This document shows, piece after piece, positions 46,323 through 55,655 of a stretch of 64,000 nucleotides of DNA (the stretch's first letter is position 1; the number at the start of each line of letters is the position of its first letter). The notes beneath the pieces were generated by a model. That model saw only the letters and a program-made list of their open reading frames with translations, did not search any database and was not told the origin of the DNA. The translations under genes were made by a program, and so were the position numbers. The DNA is from a virus (Duplodnaviria; Heunggongvirae; Uroviricota; Caudoviricetes): the IMG/VR virus record IMGVR_UViG_3300045988_005753, one strand, 5' to 3'.

Positions 46323-46643
46323 ATGAGCAAAGTTTATAACACTCGTAAATTACAGATTTTCTTACTGTGCCAGTTTATGGCTAGAGAGCATAACTCCTAC
46401 TATTGTGGTACAGGATTCATTAGTGATAATGATGGCTCATATCTCCCATTCAAAGAGGCTGTAAAACTCTTCAATGAAGAGAAAAGCTCTGAGAAAGATA
46501 TTGAAAAGGTTAAATTAACCTATAGTAAGAAAGATAAGAAGATTATCTGCCTAGATAACTTTGTGAAAGTTACCAAAGAAACTAAAGAATTAATGGAAGA
46601 AAGTGAAATTCCATTCACAAGAATCTTGAAAGTAGCTCAGTAA
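46323..46643 (+). CDS. hypothetical protein
   Basis: 106 aa ORF. Confidence 0.4.
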   Translation: MSKVYNTRKLQIFLLCQFMAREHNSYYCGTGFISDNDGSYLPFKEAVKLFNEEKSSEKDIEKVKLTYSKKDKKIICLDNFVKVTKETKELMEESEIPFTRILKVAQ

Positions 46644-46656
46644 GCAGATACTATAA

Positions 46657-46680
46657 GGGAACTGTAAAGGTTCCCTTTTT
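46657..46680 (+). terminator. rho-independent terminator
   Basis: GGGAAC (46657-46662) pairs with GTTCCC (46670-46675); then TTTTT. Confidence 0.55.
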
Positions 46681-46694
46681 ATTTTGGAGATAAT

Positions 46695-47210
46695 ATGTAT
46701 CTGTCAAACCTGAAACGTTCTGCTGCAATGTCAGTGTTAAGACTCAGTTTTGATGAGCGTCAAGAGTTTATAGACTCCCACAAATATGACCCTTCAAATT
46801 CTAATCACATGGTTCTTTGGAATCGTGAGAGTACTCGTGAAAGAGCATTATTTCGATATTACCCACACTACACCATAGACAACCTATATGAATGCTTTGT
46901 TGTGAAGAACACCATTACAGTACTCAATAAACTTTGCAGATACACAGGCAGTCAATCCTTCACATTAGGCCACCACAAACCTGTTACAAAAGGTGGTGAA
47001 CATCACTGTGCAAACTGGTTTATTCAGACTAAAGCTGATAACCAGAAGCAAGGAGATAGCCTTTTAAGTGCCCCTAAGATGACCTATGAAGAGCAAGAGA
47101 GATATATCAAAAATAATATGCCAAATGTGCTTGACAACAACTATACAGATTTGGCAATATCTCTCCTGTTGAAGTTCGAGATAGTTTATAGGGCAACTTA
47201 TAATGGCTAA
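46695..47210 (+). mobile_element. putative free-standing HNH endonuclease
   Basis: GHHKPVTKGGEHHCANWFIQTKADNQKQGD follows the HNH pattern His-His...GG...N...N-x-K. Confidence 0.4.
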
Positions 47211-47481
47211 AGAAAAGTGGGAGATTTTACCATTAGTCAGTGAAGGAGGCAATGGTTGTGAAATGTACATGATACGTGGTCATGTTCCAGAGCCAATCGC
47301 ACTTGAGATGGTAAACAACTTTACAGATGGTTCTTACAAAGACTTAGGCGAACCAACTGTCAAGCAACAATGGGTTAAACCTGTACCAGACAGCACAGGT
47401 AACTGTAGTGTACTTTATCACGTTGTAGACCCTGCAAAATGCAAATCTGCAATGGCAGTAACAAACGTAACTTTTGATTGA
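47203..47481 (+). CDS. hypothetical protein
   Basis: 92 aa ORF. Confidence 0.4.
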   Translation: MAKEKWEILPLVSEGGNGCEMYMIRGHVPEPIALEMVNNFTDGSYKDLGEPTVKQQWVKPVPDSTGNCSVLYHVVDPAKCKSAMAVTNVTFD

Positions 47482-48374
47482 GAGAGAAAACTATGAAAAC
47501 ATCTATACGTGTTACAGTTCATTCACCAACTAAAGGAACTCATGAAGAGGAGTTTAACATCATCCAATTTCCTTCTGGTGAGATTGGTGGACACTTTTCG
47601 CCAGAGTTTGTTGATTTTACTGCTTATGCAGCATCATCCATCAACAATGTGATTATGATTGTAAAAGGTTATGATAAAGACACATTGTTTGCTGTGGCAC
47701 TTGCTAAAGAAGCAATTGATGATTTAGTACCTCATAAGTTTGCTATGAAGACCATTATCTTTTACTATTTGCCAAATGCACGTTATGACCGTCACATGTT
47801 TAAAGGTGATGCAGCAGCTTTGAAAGTGTTTGCACAACAGGTTAATGCAATGGGTTTTGATGCAGTCTGTGCAGTTGACCCTCACAGCTATGTACCAGAT
47901 AACCTGTTTAACTGCTTCCAGAGTATTCCTCAAAAGGAAATTGCAGTCCACTATGCAAATGACCCACTGGTTGATTACTTAGTAGCCCCAGATGCAGGTG
48001 CTGCTAAGAAGATTGCAGAGACTGCTAAAGAGGTGGATAAACCATACATCACAATGTCTAAAGTGCGTAACCTTAAGACTGGTGAAATTACTGGTATGCG
48101 AATCCTTGATGATGTTGATTTGACAGATAAAACCGTCATGATTCTGGATGATATTTGTGATGGGGGCCGAACCTTCATAGAAGCAGCTAAACATCTTCGT
48201 GAAGCAGGTGCAAAACGTGTGGAACTCTATGTAACACATGGTATCTTCTCTAAAGATGTTGAAAACCTTCTTGACAACGGCATTGACCACATCTACACTA
48301 CAAACTCTTTAGGGGAAGCTAAAGACCGTGGTTTAACACATTATGGTCAAGTTACCGTAGCAAACCTTGATTAA
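47478..48374 (+). CDS. ribose-phosphate pyrophosphokinase family protein (Prs-like; possibly an ADP-ribose pyrophosphokinase)
   Basis: 298 aa; VMILDDICDGGRT matches the PRPP-binding motif; N-terminus diverges from housekeeping Prs. Confidence 0.65.
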   Translation: MREKTMKTSIRVTVHSPTKGTHEEEFNIIQFPSGEIGGHFSPEFVDFTAYAASSINNVIMIVKGYDKDTLFAVALAKEAIDDLVPHKFAMKTIIFYYLPNARYDRHMFKGDAAALKVFAQQVNAMGFDAVCAVDPHSYVPDNLFNCFQSIPQKEIAVHYANDPLVDYLVAPDAGAAKKIAETAKEVDKPYITMSKVRNLKTGEITGMRILDDVDLTDKTVMILDDICDGGRTFIEAAKHLREAGAKRVELYVTHGIFSKDVENLLDNGIDHIYTTNSLGEAKDRGLTHYGQVTVANLD

Positions 48375-48383
48375 AACTTTATA

Positions 48384-48404
48384 GGGGCTTTTAAGCCCCA
48401 TTTT
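48384..48404 (+). terminator. weak terminator/attenuator hairpin between the Prs-like and Nampt-like genes
   Basis: GGGGC/GCCCC stem followed by ATTTT. Confidence 0.3.
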
Positions 48405-48419
48405 GAGAGAGATTAAAAG

Positions 48420-50201
48420 ATGACTAAATCACTTTATGCAGTACCAGCAGGTTTAAACGCAGATGCTTACAAATCTGGTCACATCTACCAGTATCCTAGT
48501 GCAACAGAGTACTTGATGTTCAACCTGACACCACGTAGCGATAAATGGTTTAACAGCCCATTAGCAATTGATGGTGTAGTTGCTTTTGGTATTCAACGTT
48601 TTGTTAAAGATTACCTGATAGACCACTGGAACGCCACCTTCTTCGAACGTGACAAAAAAGAAGCAATTGACGAAATCTTAGAAGTCATGAATGGTGTTCT
48701 GGGTAAAGATGCTATTGGTCGAGAACATTGGGAAGCACTCCACGACTTAGGTTATCTACCAGTTGAAGTCTACGCTGTAGAAGAAGGAACAGTTGTCCCT
48801 ATGCGTGTACCAATGATTGTCTTCCAGAATACTGTTTCAGGTTTCCATTGGGTAGCGGGGTATCTGGAAGATGCTTTTTCTGCTGAGATTTGGAAGGCTT
48901 GTACCATTGCAACTATTGCATTGCACTACAAACGTATCTGTAAGAAGTGGTCTGACCTTACTTGTGACAACGACTTACATTTGCCTTATCAGTGCCATGA
49001 CTTTGCTATGCGTGGTATGTCCGGCTTTACTGATGACGCATTTAACGCTGTAGGCCACTTAACCAGCTTTAAAGGAACCGATAGCTTCCCTGCTGTATAC
49101 ACGGCTAAACGCATCTATGGACAGTCCTACCCAATTTCTGATATTGGCAGTTCTGTACCAGCCACTGAACACTCTGTAATGTGTGCAAACATTGCTTGGG
49201 AAGGTGGTAACGAGTTAATTGAAGAAGAAAGACGCTTTAAAGGTGAGTTACAAACCTTCCGTCGTTTCTTAACAGAAACTTACCCAACGGGTATTGCAAG
49301 TGTTGTTTCAGATACTTATAACTTCTGGAGAACTGTATCAGTCATATTACCAGAACTCCGTAAAGAGATTATGGAACGTAATGGCAAACTGGTAATTCGT
49401 CCTGATTCTGGAGACCCTGTACATATTGTCACAGGTTATAAAGCAATCCACTTAGAGTGTGCTAAAAAGGCTTATTACGAACACCTAAGCAAGCTGGAAG
49501 CCAGTGACACAATGTTGAATGCTGTTCTGAACATGAAGCTTGAGGATATTAACTATGGTATTGCTGGATGGCTACTGTCAGAAGGCTACGAAATGGTTGT
49601 TGACAGAGAAGACTTTGAAGTTGCTGACACAGTGATGTTGAAAAACGCTTATATGGTTGGTTCTGCAAACGTTGTAACACGTCCTGTAGCAGAGATTGAT
49701 GGGGCTATTAAGACCCTGTATAACATCTTTGGAGGGACTATCAACTCTAAAGGCTTTAAGGTACTTGATGAGCACATTGGACTCATCTATGGTGACTCTA
49801 TCACGTTGGAACGTGCAAACGAAATCCTGAAGCGTTTGTATGAAATGGGTTTTGCAAGCTCTAACGTAGTGTTTGGTGTAGGTTCTTACACTTACCAGTA
49901 CATGACTCGTGACACCTTTGCATTTGCTGTCAAAGCAACTCTTGCAAGCATTGGTGGTAAAGAGATTATGCTTGCAAAAGACCCTAAAACAGATAGTGGT
50001 GTTAAGAAGTCTGCTTTTGGTGGTGTAGCACCTATGTGGGATGGTGATAATCTGAAAGCTGTAGATGGTTATGGATTCCAGAGCTTTGAAGATGTACTTG
50101 AACATCCAGCTTGTGCTTTACGTTTAGTCTTTAGCGAATCTGAGCAGTTTGGCTACACAACTCTTGGAGATATTCGAAATAATATTGACAAGCAGCTTTA
50201 A
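48420..50201 (+). CDS. nicotinamide phosphoribosyltransferase family protein (Nampt/NadV-like)
   Basis: 593 aa; N-terminal ...ADAYKSGHIYQYP... and ...HDFAMRGMSG... resemble conserved Nampt motifs (DSYK...YP; DFGxRG). Confidence 0.7.
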   Translation: MTKSLYAVPAGLNADAYKSGHIYQYPSATEYLMFNLTPRSDKWFNSPLAIDGVVAFGIQRFVKDYLIDHWNATFFERDKKEAIDEILEVMNGVLGKDAIGREHWEALHDLGYLPVEVYAVEEGTVVPMRVPMIVFQNTVSGFHWVAGYLEDAFSAEIWKACTIATIALHYKRICKKWSDLTCDNDLHLPYQCHDFAMRGMSGFTDDAFNAVGHLTSFKGTDSFPAVYTAKRIYGQSYPISDIGSSVPATEHSVMCANIAWEGGNELIEEERRFKGELQTFRRFLTETYPTGIASVVSDTYNFWRTVSVILPELRKEIMERNGKLVIRPDSGDPVHIVTGYKAIHLECAKKAYYEHLSKLEASDTMLNAVLNMKLEDINYGIAGWLLSEGYEMVVDREDFEVADTVMLKNAYMVGSANVVTRPVAEIDGAIKTLYNIFGGTINSKGFKVLDEHIGLIYGDSITLERANEILKRLYEMGFASSNVVFGVGSYTYQYMTRDTFAFAVKATLASIGGKEIMLAKDPKTDSGVKKSAFGGVAPMWDGDNLKAVDGYGFQSFEDVLEHPACALRLVFSESEQFGYTTLGDIRNNIDKQL

Positions 50202-50215
50202 AAGTATATGATAAG

Positions 50216-50238
50216 AGGCTCCTACGGGAGCCTTTTTT
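50216..50238 (+). terminator. rho-independent terminator
   Basis: AGGCTCC, loop TACG, GGAGCCT, then TTTTTT. Confidence 0.6.
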
Positions 50239-50255
50239 AATTTCTGGAGAAGATT

Positions 50256-50591
50256 ATGAAAATCAAAGAGATGAACATCAACATTGTCTTAGAAGAACGT
50301 TGGGAGAACATCAAGAAGCCTGAAAATGGTCATAAGTTCCTCAACAAAATCTTAGTAGCAGCTAAAGAAGAACTGACTGGCAAGGTTGCAGCAGCAATCA
50401 CAATAAAAGTTTGTGTAAAAGGTCTTCCAGACAATCACCAATTTGCACTTGACGTGTTTAAAGAAAACTTCTACAATCCAAACAAACAGATGCTTGAAAG
50501 TAACTTTGCAGTATCTACAAGTATCGTCCATGACAGAAGCTTTATCCTTTACAAAAATATGAGAGGTGAGTCATGCAAGCATATTGGGTAG
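50256..50591 (+). CDS. hypothetical protein
   Basis: 111 aa; GGAGA 5 nt upstream of the ATG. Confidence 0.4.
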   Translation: MKIKEMNINIVLEERWENIKKPENGHKFLNKILVAAKEELTGKVAAAITIKVCVKGLPDNHQFALDVFKENFYNPNKQMLESNFAVSTSIVHDRSFILYKNMRGESCKHIG

Positions 50592-50749
50592 AAATTTTAC
50601 TGTCACTTGGTAGTGTAGCAGTACTTGTTTACCTTCTTTGTAAGTACTTTGCAGAACACAAGAAGTGTGACTACTGTAACGGAGAAGGGTATACAAGAGC
50701 AGGTTGTTGCCCTATGTGTGGTGGTTCTGGTAAAATGTTTAATAAGTAA
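50573..50749 (+). CDS. small membrane-anchored protein with two CxxCxGxG zinc-finger motifs (58 aa, below the track cut-off)
   Basis: ATG at 50573 behind AGGTGA; N-terminal hydrophobic helix, then CDYCNGEG and CPMCGGSG, the DnaJ-type Cys-rich repeat pattern. Confidence 0.35.
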   Translation: MQAYWVEILLSLGSVAVLVYLLCKYFAEHKKCDYCNGEGYTRAGCCPMCGGSGKMFNK

Positions 50750-50777
50750 TTTAACAGTAAACTAAGAGGAAAGTATT

Positions 50778-53144
50778 ATGCGCATGGTAAATGACCACGC
50801 AGAAGTGATTAAGAGTTCAACTTCTTTAGAGACGTCTCAAGCACAGATTACAATGACACCTGAGATGTTCAGCCTTTTGAGTTCTGGTGTATACACCTTT
50901 AAAGAAAGGGCAGTGATTCGTGAACTGTCATGTAACGCAGTAGATGCTCAGAAAGAAGCTGGAAAAGAGAACATTCCATTCCATGTGCATTTACCTACTC
51001 GTTTTGAGCCTTACTTCGAAGTTCGTGATTTTGGAACTGGATTGACTCATGATAAAGTTATGAGTTTGTACCTAAACTATGGAGCTTCTACGAAGAATGA
51101 CTCTAATGACTACATTGGTGCAATGGGTATCGGCTCAAAGTCACCATTTTCAATTGCTCAGTCATTCACAGTATCTAGCTATGTTGACGGTGTTGTTAAT
51201 AAGTACTCTGTTTATCTTGAGAATGGTATCCCTCAAGTAACTAAGCTGACAACTAACCCAACAAAAGAACCTAATGGTTTAGCTGTACGTGTGGCAGTTG
51301 CTGACCACCGTATCTCAAAGTTCTTTGAAGAAGCTGGGAATGTGTACTCATACTTCACTGTAAAACCAGAAAGTAATATTGAGTACGACGATGTATTAGC
51401 AGATATGAACGTCATTGCCCGTGAAGAAGGTGTTTATGATGCCATGATTCATAAGCAAAGCTGGCGTTCTAGTGGTAACAGGACAGAGTTTAATGTGGTG
51501 ATGGGTAACATTGCCTACCCTGTTAATATGGAAGCATTACTTGGTGATGATTTCTTCAAAGTATTGCCAGAATTTTTCCGTAGGAGCGTAGACCTTGTAA
51601 ACATCTACATGCCTATTGGTTCAGTTGCTATTGCAGCTTCTCGTGAAGCATTGCAGATGAATGACACGACAAAAAATGTTATCATTGAGGCTACTAAAAA
51701 GATAACTGAAGCAATTACAAAGGATGTTATCAAGAAAGTTAATAGCCAACCTACACTCATGGATGCTGCACAGGCTTATGCTGAGTTACGTTTGAACTCA
51801 CGAGAGATGTTTAATGCTGTGTGTCCAAAGCTAGAGTGGGGAGGTGTTAAGCTTGATTCTCTGGAAGAAGAATTACTAAACATTCGTCGTGGAATTATCT
51901 ACGCAGAAGACGGCTCAGTCATTTACGAACGTGACGGTAAAGGCAATATCAAGGTTGATAGGAACGGGAACAATATCCCTAAAGTAGATTATCTTTATGA
52001 CCCAGTTGCTTATGTCAAGTTCAACTCTTTAGAGAGTAAGATTCGTGCAACATCGCTTTCCTACACTCAAGAGGCAAGTATGTTCAATATCTTTGGCGCA
52101 ATGCGTAAAAGTCAAATTGAACAGTTTTTGTTTGTTATAAATGACCGTCGAAATAAAAATGGTACTGAGAAGACTGTAGGACGCAACCAAATCTTGCGTG
52201 GTGCATGTCGAGACTATGCCAGTGAGTCAAGTCTGTTTCACAGATACAATGGTATTGTCTTTGTATTCTCTACAGAGAAAGAGCTAGACGACTTAATCAA
52301 TCTGCACAAACTTGATAAAAGCTTGTTAAAGATTGTGAAGATGTCTGATAAGGAACATCATTATCAGCGTAAAGAAGCTGTAAGAGGCGTTGTAAAACTT
52401 TGGAAAGCTGTTCCAGCAGAAGGTGTAGCTTCCTATAAAGAGGTTTCAGAGGACTTAGATACGATTGAAGAGCCTCAGCTTTATATTAAGGCAGTAGGCG
52501 ACACAGTTGATGGCGAATGTTTTTGCTCATCTCCAGAAGATGTAGCTAAGTCAGTTGCCAATGTCATTGGAAAGAAAGTATATGTTTTCCGAAAAGCAAA
52601 TTGGAAAAAGATACCAGAAGACTGGATTGAAGTAGATGAGAAGCTCTTGAATGACAGCTTAACTGATGTTCACTGGATTAACCATAACAGGTATATGACA
52701 CGTATCTATATGAATGGTGTCCTTGACCTTACAAGCAGTTGGATTATTGCCAGAAACTTTACGTTCAATAACAGGAAGATTTCTCGTGGCTATTGTTATT
52801 CGCGGGATACAAACAAAACTATCTTCTTAGAAGGTAATGAAGATGCTGTAGAGGCAATGTTTGGTAAAATCCAATACGTTGCTGCACCATTTGCATACAC
52901 TTACATTATTAGTGTGTTGCAAGATTTGAAAAGGTGTCTTGATAATGATACAAAGCTTTACAAGAAAATTAAGAAAGCTGGTGACCGCATGGTCATTAAG
53001 GTGACAAACTACCTTTCAAAAAGAAAACAAGAAAACTTCTTGCTTTCTCATTTAGATTGGAATAAAGTGTCACCTATTGAAGTGAGTAAGTTCTTAGGCT
53101 TTGATGTGAAGTGTGTTCCAGAAGGGACTACAATTTACGATTAA
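50778..53144 (+). CDS. GHKL-family ATPase, rIIA-like
   Basis: 788 aa; RELSCNAVDA (N box, ExxxNAxDA), DFGTGL (G1 box) and GAMGIGSKS (G2 box) define a Bergerat-fold ATPase; a 369 aa partner gene follows. Confidence 0.5.
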   Translation: MRMVNDHAEVIKSSTSLETSQAQITMTPEMFSLLSSGVYTFKERAVIRELSCNAVDAQKEAGKENIPFHVHLPTRFEPYFEVRDFGTGLTHDKVMSLYLNYGASTKNDSNDYIGAMGIGSKSPFSIAQSFTVSSYVDGVVNKYSVYLENGIPQVTKLTTNPTKEPNGLAVRVAVADHRISKFFEEAGNVYSYFTVKPESNIEYDDVLADMNVIAREEGVYDAMIHKQSWRSSGNRTEFNVVMGNIAYPVNMEALLGDDFFKVLPEFFRRSVDLVNIYMPIGSVAIAASREALQMNDTTKNVIIEATKKITEAITKDVIKKVNSQPTLMDAAQAYAELRLNSREMFNAVCPKLEWGGVKLDSLEEELLNIRRGIIYAEDGSVIYERDGKGNIKVDRNGNNIPKVDYLYDPVAYVKFNSLESKIRATSLSYTQEASMFNIFGAMRKSQIEQFLFVINDRRNKNGTEKTVGRNQILRGACRDYASESSLFHRYNGIVFVFSTEKELDDLINLHKLDKSLLKIVKMSDKEHHYQRKEAVRGVVKLWKAVPAEGVASYKEVSEDLDTIEEPQLYIKAVGDTVDGECFCSSPEDVAKSVANVIGKKVYVFRKANWKKIPEDWIEVDEKLLNDSLTDVHWINHNRYMTRIYMNGVLDLTSSWIIARNFTFNNRKISRGYCYSRDTNKTIFLEGNEDAVEAMFGKIQYVAAPFAYTYIISVLQDLKRCLDNDTKLYKKIKKAGDRMVIKVTNYLSKRKQENFLLSHLDWNKVSPIEVSKFLGFDVKCVPEGTTIYD

Positions 53145-53149
53145 AGTGT

Positions 53150-53179
53150 TTGACAAGGGGCTTTGAAGCCCCTTAGAAT
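53150..53179 (+). promoter_or_regulatory. sigma70-like promoter TTGACA-N18-TAGAAT with a GC hairpin in the spacer
   Basis: TTGACA 53150-53155; TAGAAT 53174-53179; GGGGCTT/AAGCCCC inverted repeat inside the spacer. Confidence 0.4.
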
Positions 53180-53223
53180 ATCCTCACAAAATGATTTATT
53201 AACTAACAAGAGAGAGTAATAAG

Positions 53224-54333
53224 ATGACTACTAAAACTAAAGCACAGATTGACGCAGAAATTTACAAACTGGTTAAAGAAGGTAAGCTGACTAAAACAGC
53301 TATTGCACAGAAATTTAATACTTCAACCCGTTCAGTCGGTCGTGCTGTAGAGCGTCATGAAGCAACCTTAAAAGGTAAGAAAAAGGTTGCTTCTACACCA
53401 GCTACGAAGACTTTGAAGCAAGTTGCTAAGACCTTTAAGAAGAAAGCTGACAAACCAGTTGAAAAGGTAGTTAAAGATGCTGTACAGAAAGCTCCAGTAA
53501 ATAAACTGCACGAAGCTATGCAGAAAGATGACAAGATTGAGTACATGATTACTGGTGATTCTGTAATTATGACTTATGGTTCAGAATCTGAAATTGTTGA
53601 GTCTACTCATCCGAACTATCAAGAGATTGTAGTTCATGTTGTGAAAGGTGAGTTCAAGAAAGCATTTGAACTGATGAACATTCGTAAGTCTATCGAAAAC
53701 TTCACTCAGGGTGCTATCACAATCAAAGGTGACAAGCTATTCTACGGTGCTGTTGAGATGCGTTCTACTCTGGTTGACCGTATTCTTCACATGATGAAAA
53801 CTGGTGATAAAGGTTTTGAACGACTTGTAATGTTCTTCGAAAAACTGATGGAAAACCCATCTAAAGATTCTGTAGAACAACTTTGGGGATTTGTATCTCA
53901 CCTTGATGTTGAAATTGATGAAGAAGGCTACATCATTGGTTGGAAGAAAGTCTCTACTCGTGAAGGCAAGCTGGTTGACTCTCACACCTACAAAGTACCT
54001 AATGATTTGGGTAACATTGTAGAGATGCCACGTTGGATGGTTGATAATAACCGTAACGTAACTTGCTCTCAAGGTCTTCATGTTGGTGCTTGGGATTACG
54101 TTCGTTGCTTCTCAGGTGATACCATCCTGAAGGTTCGTGTCCATCCACGAGATGTTGTATCTGTTCCAACTGATTACAACGATATGAAGATGCGTTCCTC
54201 TCGTTATGAAGTTGCAGCAATCGTTGATAATCAACGTAAAGTACTGAAAGCATGGGATGGTAAGACTGAAGCTTTGCATGTCATCGTTGGCACTGCTGGT
54301 GAACTCATCTCTCAACGTAAACGTGAAATCTAA
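53224..54333 (+). CDS. hypothetical protein, rIIB-like by position
   Basis: 369 aa gene directly after the GHKL ATPase. Confidence 0.3.
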   Translation: MTTKTKAQIDAEIYKLVKEGKLTKTAIAQKFNTSTRSVGRAVERHEATLKGKKKVASTPATKTLKQVAKTFKKKADKPVEKVVKDAVQKAPVNKLHEAMQKDDKIEYMITGDSVIMTYGSESEIVESTHPNYQEIVVHVVKGEFKKAFELMNIRKSIENFTQGAITIKGDKLFYGAVEMRSTLVDRILHMMKTGDKGFERLVMFFEKLMENPSKDSVEQLWGFVSHLDVEIDEEGYIIGWKKVSTREGKLVDSHTYKVPNDLGNIVEMPRWMVDNNRNVTCSQGLHVGAWDYVRCFSGDTILKVRVHPRDVVSVPTDYNDMKMRSSRYEVAAIVDNQRKVLKAWDGKTEALHVIVGTAGELISQRKREI

Positions 54334-54349
54334 TAAGTAATTTCTTAAA

Positions 54350-54372
54350 AGGCTGCTTCGGCGGCCTTTTTT
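54350..54372 (+). terminator. rho-independent terminator
   Basis: AGGCTGC, loop TTCG, GCGGCCT (one G-U wobble), then TTTTTT. Confidence 0.6.
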
Positions 54373-54374
54373 AT

Positions 54375-54402
54375 TTGTATTTTGTGCAGAGTGCTGTATA
54401 AT
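54375..54402 (+). promoter_or_regulatory. promoter candidate with consensus -10 TATAAT and weak -35
   Basis: TATAAT at 54397-54402; best -35 is TTGTAT at 54375-54380 with a 16-nt spacer. Confidence 0.35.
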
Positions 54403-54433
54403 TGTTGTCACGATAAACTAAACAGGAGAACCA

Positions 54434-54982
54434 ATGAAGAAATTGATTCTAGGCTTGTGCTTAATGTTTACAGCACACTTATCTTATGCAGTTGACTGCC
54501 CAGAGCTAACAATTAGCCAAAAAGTAAACATGTTAAAAGCTTACCAGTATGGTGAGAATAATATGGGGAAAGGCTGGGGTATTACTCTAGCAGCTATAGC
54601 CTTACAAGAGTCAGAGTTAGGTCTGAAGGTAGAGAATAAAAAGACCCACGACTATGGTATTTTCCAGAATCACTTGAAGACTGTTGTAAAGCGTAACAAA
54701 ATTAGTCCTAATGTGGCTAAAAAGAAACTCTTAAAAGACTTTGACTATGCAGCAAAAGAGACACATAAAGAGCTTGAGTTTTGGACTAAGGTGCATGGTC
54801 ACCCAAAGTCAAAGAAGACTTTACAAAAAGTTTTAGCATCATATAATGCTGGGTATTCGTACAAAATCCCTAAAGCTAAGAAATACTCTCAAGATGTCTA
54901 TAACAATATGAAAGTTATCGCTCAATGTGAATTTGCAACAAACATTTCTAAGGTAAATCATGAAAAAATTAAGAAAGTCTGA
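54434..54982 (+). CDS. secreted lytic transglycosylase (SLT-domain) protein
   Basis: Signal peptide MKKLILGLCLMFTAHLSYA; IALQESEL (catalytic Glu-Ser), DYGIFQ and ASYNAGYS resemble the ES / GLMQ / AYNxG motifs of SLT domains. Confidence 0.5.
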   Translation: MKKLILGLCLMFTAHLSYAVDCPELTISQKVNMLKAYQYGENNMGKGWGITLAAIALQESELGLKVENKKTHDYGIFQNHLKTVVKRNKISPNVAKKKLLKDFDYAAKETHKELEFWTKVHGHPKSKKTLQKVLASYNAGYSYKIPKAKKYSQDVYNNMKVIAQCEFATNISKVNHEKIKKV

Positions 54983-55655
54983 TGAAGTCCTGTGCCATGC
55001 TTATGACTTGCATCCTCATGAGTTAGGTCTTGATTCCTGTGTATGGACTCCAGAACAGTGCAGGGATTTTGAAGACACTGCAAGAGAAGTTGTATGTTCA
55101 CTTGAAGAGTTCCACACATCAGAACCAATTGTGAACGTTGTGGACAAAGAGACTGGACAGGCTATAGGTGTAAGGCGTGACAGTTTAGTCATAGTCAATA
55201 AAGACCTTGTAGAAAAAGGTAACCTCATCTTAGCAGATATTGATGGTGTTCTTACAAATTTTAATCACGAAGATTGCTCAACGGAATTGACTGATGGGTC
55301 ATTCTCACAGTACACTAATCTTCTTGACTCTGTAAGAGCAAAACCAACGTATGTTTTTAGTATTATTGATGCAATTGCTAATCATGCTGCCATTGGACTC
55401 TTGACAGCGAGAGGTGAATCTCAGAGAATACCTACTGAGATGTTTTTAAGGCATAACATAGAGCATGATTACATGCTTTTTATGCGTGGTTTTGGAACTA
55501 ACTCTATAAGTGCAGAAAGTTTAAAAGTGAGGATGATTCAGTCTTGCATTCTTCCTTATTTTAATATAGTATGCTTTATAGAAGATACAGAGAAGAATGT
55601 TCAGAAGGTAAACAGAATCCTTCCACACATTAAAACCATGTTAGTTAAACATTGA
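54960..55655 (+). CDS. HAD-superfamily phosphatase-like protein
   Basis: LILADIDGVL matches HAD motif I (DxDGV/T); 231 aa with a Cys-containing N-terminal extension. Confidence 0.35.
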   Translation: MKKLRKSDEVLCHAYDLHPHELGLDSCVWTPEQCRDFEDTAREVVCSLEEFHTSEPIVNVVDKETGQAIGVRRDSLVIVNKDLVEKGNLILADIDGVLTNFNHEDCSTELTDGSFSQYTNLLDSVRAKPTYVFSIIDAIANHAAIGLLTARGESQRIPTEMFLRHNIEHDYMLFMRGFGTNSISAESLKVRMIQSCILPYFNIVCFIEDTEKNVQKVNRILPHIKTMLVKH

